Shown here: positions 61,505 to 64,000 of the stretch, piece after piece
How positions within the stretch are numbered: the first letter of the stretch is position 1
Layout: each line of letters begins with the position of its first letter
Assembly: GCA_963716175.1 (NCBI GenBank)
Contig: OY970296.1
Coordinates: 3,744,001-3,808,000 of the forward strand
Source: an uncultured Armatimonadetes bacterium
Lineage (GTDB): Bacteria; Armatimonadota; Hebobacteria; Hebobacterales; Hebobacteraceae
Direction of reading: 5' to 3'
Length of the DNA: 64,000 nucleotides
Notes under the pieces: model-generated
What the model was told of the DNA's origin: nothing
Databases searched by the model: none
The model's input: only the letters and a program-made list of their open reading frames with translations
Translations under genes and position numbers: made by a program

Positions 61505-62842
61505 ATGACTCTCCAGCCAACCATGGAAAGCACCCCTCCCGAGAACTCATCTCACGCGGAAGGACCCAACGAGCACACTCGCTGGAACTTCGCGGTGCTG
61601 ACCACCGAATCCGCAATCTTCCAGACTGGACTGGCCTGGGTGGACCCGGTGGCCGTGCTGCCGCTCTTCATCGGCCGGCTCTCCCCCTCCACGGTGCTGG
61701 TGGGGCTAGTCACCGTGCTCCAGCGCTTGGGCTGGATTCTGCCGCAGCTCCCCATGGCCGCGGTCCTGGGCCACCGCCCGCGGCGCCAGCCCTGGCTGCG
61801 CTGGGGCGTGTTCTACGGCCGCCTCCCCTTCCTCGCCTTCGTCGTGTACCTGTGGCTGCGCGGCGTGACCAACCCGGGCCTGGTGCTCCTGTTCATGATG
61901 GCCGGCTACTTCTTTGTCGCTCTCGGCAACGGTGTGGTCGCCATCCCCTGGCAAGACATCATCGCCAAGTCGGTGCCCTCCCGCCTGCGGGGAAAGTTCT
62001 TCGCTGGCACCCAGTTCGCTACCGCGACGGGAGCCTTGGGAGTCGGGTTCGCGGTGCGGCGGATGCTCGGGCCGCTGGGCCCAGGATTCCCCTTCGACTT
62101 CACCCTGCTGTTCACCGTCACGGCCGTCTTCATAAGCATCTCGACCTTCCTCTGCGCCATCACGCGGGAGCCGATCCGTCCCGTCCTCGACCGGCCTGAA
62201 TCCCTGCGCCAGATCATCGCTGACCTCAAGCCCTTCCTGCGACAGCGGCCCGCATTCCGAGCCCTCATCCTGGTGGCCATCCTGGGCGCCGGGATGAGCT
62301 GGACCACGCCCTTCTACATCGTCTATGCCACCCGGAAGCTCGGCGTCGCCCCGCAGCTGGCCGGCTTCTACATCTGGGCGGCCGTGCTCGGCGGGGCCGG
62401 CTTCAGCCTCATCTGGGGCCACTACAACGACCGCTGCGGACCCCTCACCGTGATCCGCGGCGGGTGCGCATTCGTCGCGATCACGCCCCTGCTCGCCATC
62501 GGCCTGCCCGTGGCGCTGCGTATCGGCGCCATCCTGTTCCCGCCGGCCCTCAGCGCTCTGCCCTACGGGTTCGCCCTGGTTTTCCTCGCCGGGAGCGCCA
62601 CCCCGGGCGCCTTCTGGATGGGAACCACCAACTATCTCTTCGACCTCACCGACCACCCGGAGCGGCCCCGCTACATCGCGCTGCTCAACTTCCTCTCTCT
62701 GCCCGGCGCGCTGATCCCGATCCTCGTCGGATGGCTGCTCAACTTCCTGCCCTACCCGCTGGTCTTCTCTTTCATCGCCGCCTCCGGCCTCGCCGCCGTT
62801 TTGGCCAGCCGCGTCATGCCGGCCGTGCCGCCGCAACCGTAG
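61505..62842 (+). CDS. MFS transporter
   Basis: About 12 hydrophobic helices; W.DIIAK..P..LRG.FF motif. Confidence 0.85.
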   Translation: MTLQPTMESTPPENSSHAEGPNEHTRWNFAVLTTESAIFQTGLAWVDPVAVLPLFIGRLSPSTVLVGLVTVLQRLGWILPQLPMAAVLGHRPRRQPWLRWGVFYGRLPFLAFVVYLWLRGVTNPGLVLLFMMAGYFFVALGNGVVAIPWQDIIAKSVPSRLRGKFFAGTQFATATGALGVGFAVRRMLGPLGPGFPFDFTLLFTVTAVFISISTFLCAITREPIRPVLDRPESLRQIIADLKPFLRQRPAFRALILVAILGAGMSWTTPFYIVYATRKLGVAPQLAGFYIWAAVLGGAGFSLIWGHYNDRCGPLTVIRGGCAFVAITPLLAIGLPVALRIGAILFPPALSALPYGFALVFLAGSATPGAFWMGTTNYLFDLTDHPERPRYIALLNFLSLPGALIPILVGWLLNFLPYPLVFSFIAASGLAAVLASRVMPAVPPQP

Positions 62843-62904
62843 CCGGCCGCTAGCAGCAGTTGGGTGTGACCGTTTCCCCTGGGTCGGCCGAGTGCAGCGC
62901 CACC

Positions 62905-63017
62905 GTCATGCTGAGCGCAGCGAAGCATCACGCCGTCAGCAGGACCGCAACGGTGGGATTCTTTCCCTTCGCGGAGTTTACCCTGAGCGCAGCCGAAGGG
63001 CTCAGGGTCAGAAGGAC
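62905..63017. repeat. Nested REP-like element (GTCATGCTGAGCGCAGCGAAGCATC family)
   Basis: Outer GTCATGCTGA.../...TCAGAAGGAC ends with inner CCCTTCG...CCCTGAGCGCAGCCGAAGGGCTCAGGG. Confidence 0.65.
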
Positions 63018-63066
63018 AACAGTGGCCGTCCCAGTCCTTGCGATCACACCCCAGCAGTTCGCTGTG

Positions 63067-63096
63067 TTGACACAGGCTCCAGGGCCGCGCTATAGT
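63067..63096 (+). promoter_or_regulatory. Sigma70-type promoter upstream of fluoride riboswitch
   Basis: TTGACA-N18-TATAGT. Confidence 0.7.
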
Positions 63097-63102
63097 GATC
63101 CC

Positions 63103-63190
63103 GGCGATGGAGGCCGCCAGGGCGAAGCTCGCCCGAACCGCCCAGAAGGCTGATGGCTCCTGGTCGCACCGCCGGACCGGGAGCCTTTCT
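63103..63190 (+). ncRNA. Fluoride (crcB-motif) riboswitch with overlapping intrinsic terminator
   Basis: GGCGATGGAG..CGCC / AACCGC..GCTGATGGCTCCT; terminator GGCTCCTGGTC..GACCGGGAGCC-TTTCT overlaps aptamer 3' end. Confidence 0.85.
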
Positions 63191-63228
63191 GCGGGATGCC
63201 TGCTCCCCGGTCCCAAGGAGAAGGCATC

Positions 63229-63699
63229 ATGCTCAGCCGACATGAACTTCATCTGCGTTCGACCTACGAGACGAGCCTCCAGCATCTGGCAGAGATCCGG
63301 GAGATCCTCACCACCGGCAAGACCCCCGGCGGCGCCTGGGTGACGCCCCTCCCCGAACCCGCCCGCTCGCAGCTCATCTCAGTGCTGGACAATGCACTGG
63401 CCGAACTGGAGGAGCTGGCGGCGCATTTCCTGCCTGAGAGCGAGCGCGGGCGTACCGGCGGCATCGCCGCCACGCGCATGTGGACCAGCGCGCTGCTGCG
63501 CACAGTGGAAGAGTTGCTGGAGGACGCACTCCCAGTGAACATGCGCCGCCGCTATGGCCCGCTAGGGGATGTGGAAGCCGGACTGCTTGAGGAGAAACTC
63601 GGTCAGGTGTTAGCTGAGCTCAGCCGAGGCAGGCAACTGGTCGAAGAGGCAAATGACGCCCATCATCACTCCCTTGACAGCGCCAACTCAGGTCAATAG
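63229..63699 (+). CDS. Hypothetical helical protein under fluoride riboswitch control
   Basis: RBS AAGGAG; amphipathic helices; no TM segment. Confidence 0.75.
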   Translation: MLSRHELHLRSTYETSLQHLAEIREILTTGKTPGGAWVTPLPEPARSQLISVLDNALAELEELAAHFLPESERGRTGGIAATRMWTSALLRTVEELLEDALPVNMRRRYGPLGDVEAGLLEEKLGQVLAELSRGRQLVEEANDAHHHSLDSANSGQ

Positions 63700-63702
63700 A
63701 AT
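63674..63702 (+). promoter_or_regulatory. Sigma70-type promoter for oxidoreductase
   Basis: TTGACA-N17-TAGAAT. Confidence 0.7.
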
Positions 63703-63757
63703 CCCCCTGCTCAGGCGCGCCCCGCGCCGGCCACCATCACCAAAGGAGAGAGAAGCC

Positions 63758-64000
63758 ATGGTCCGAGTCGGACTTGCCGGTCTGGGTTTCATGGGCGGCA
63801 CTCATGCTCAGTGCCACGCGGCTCTGCCGAACGCACAACTGGTCGCAGTGTGCGATCCGGAGCCGGACCGCCGGAAGCAGTTCGCCGACACCTATGGCGC
63901 CAAGGCCTTCGCCAGCGTGAAGGAGATGGCGTCAGCGGACATTGATATGGTTGACGTCTGCATGCCCACCTACCTCCACCGGGAGGCGGTGGAGACGGCT
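63758..64000 (+). CDS. Gfo/Idh/MocA oxidoreductase (partial, runs off window)
   Basis: Own translation: MVRVGLAGLGFMGGTH...VAVCD...VDVCMPTYLH. Confidence 0.88.
   Translation, partial: MVRVGLAGLGFMGGTHAQCHAALPNAQLVAVCDPEPDRRKQFADTYGAKAFASVKEMASADIDMVDVCMPTYLHREAVETA

Overview
High-GC bacterial chromosomal segment, mostly housekeeping genes. Gene order and content (rpsU-phoH-pgpH-ybeY-dgkA, an SLH-like domain, lepA-hemW) suggest a Terrabacteria lineage, possibly Armatimonadota; this is inference only. Long minus-strand operons carry CNNM/CorC, phoH, rpsU, tatD, rimI, birA, nadCA, panC, pilC, folKP and a split comEC. Also present are cysK, dinB, a radical SAM plus two methyltransferases, a PyrR-attenuated pyrimidine cluster (pyrR-pyrB-pyrC-carA-carB, and pyrK-pyrD), hemW, lepA, murJ, yraN and comM. 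Many conserved genes carry single-base frameshifts that look like long-read consensus errors. Most notable: (1) a GxxExxY PD-(D/E)xK nuclease gene bracketed by 32-bp inverted repeats built from 10-mers, inserted between lepA and hemW, with gene-less copies of related repeats at other gene junctions, a candidate REP-like mobile system; (2) a fluoride riboswitch with promoter and terminator controlling an uncharacterised soluble protein; (3) an excisionase-type HTH fused to a PilB/GspE ATPase, divergent from comEC; (4) a radical SAM/SPASM enzyme with a C-terminal SLH-like domain; (5) a REP-bounded duplication of the carB 3' end; (6) a PyrB fused to only the PyrI zinc domain, next to a loop-deleted PyrC; (7) an StsC-like aminotransferase/amidase/kinase trio. 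No rRNA, tRNA, CRISPR array or transposase was recognised. All assignments are by eye and recall; no searches were run.
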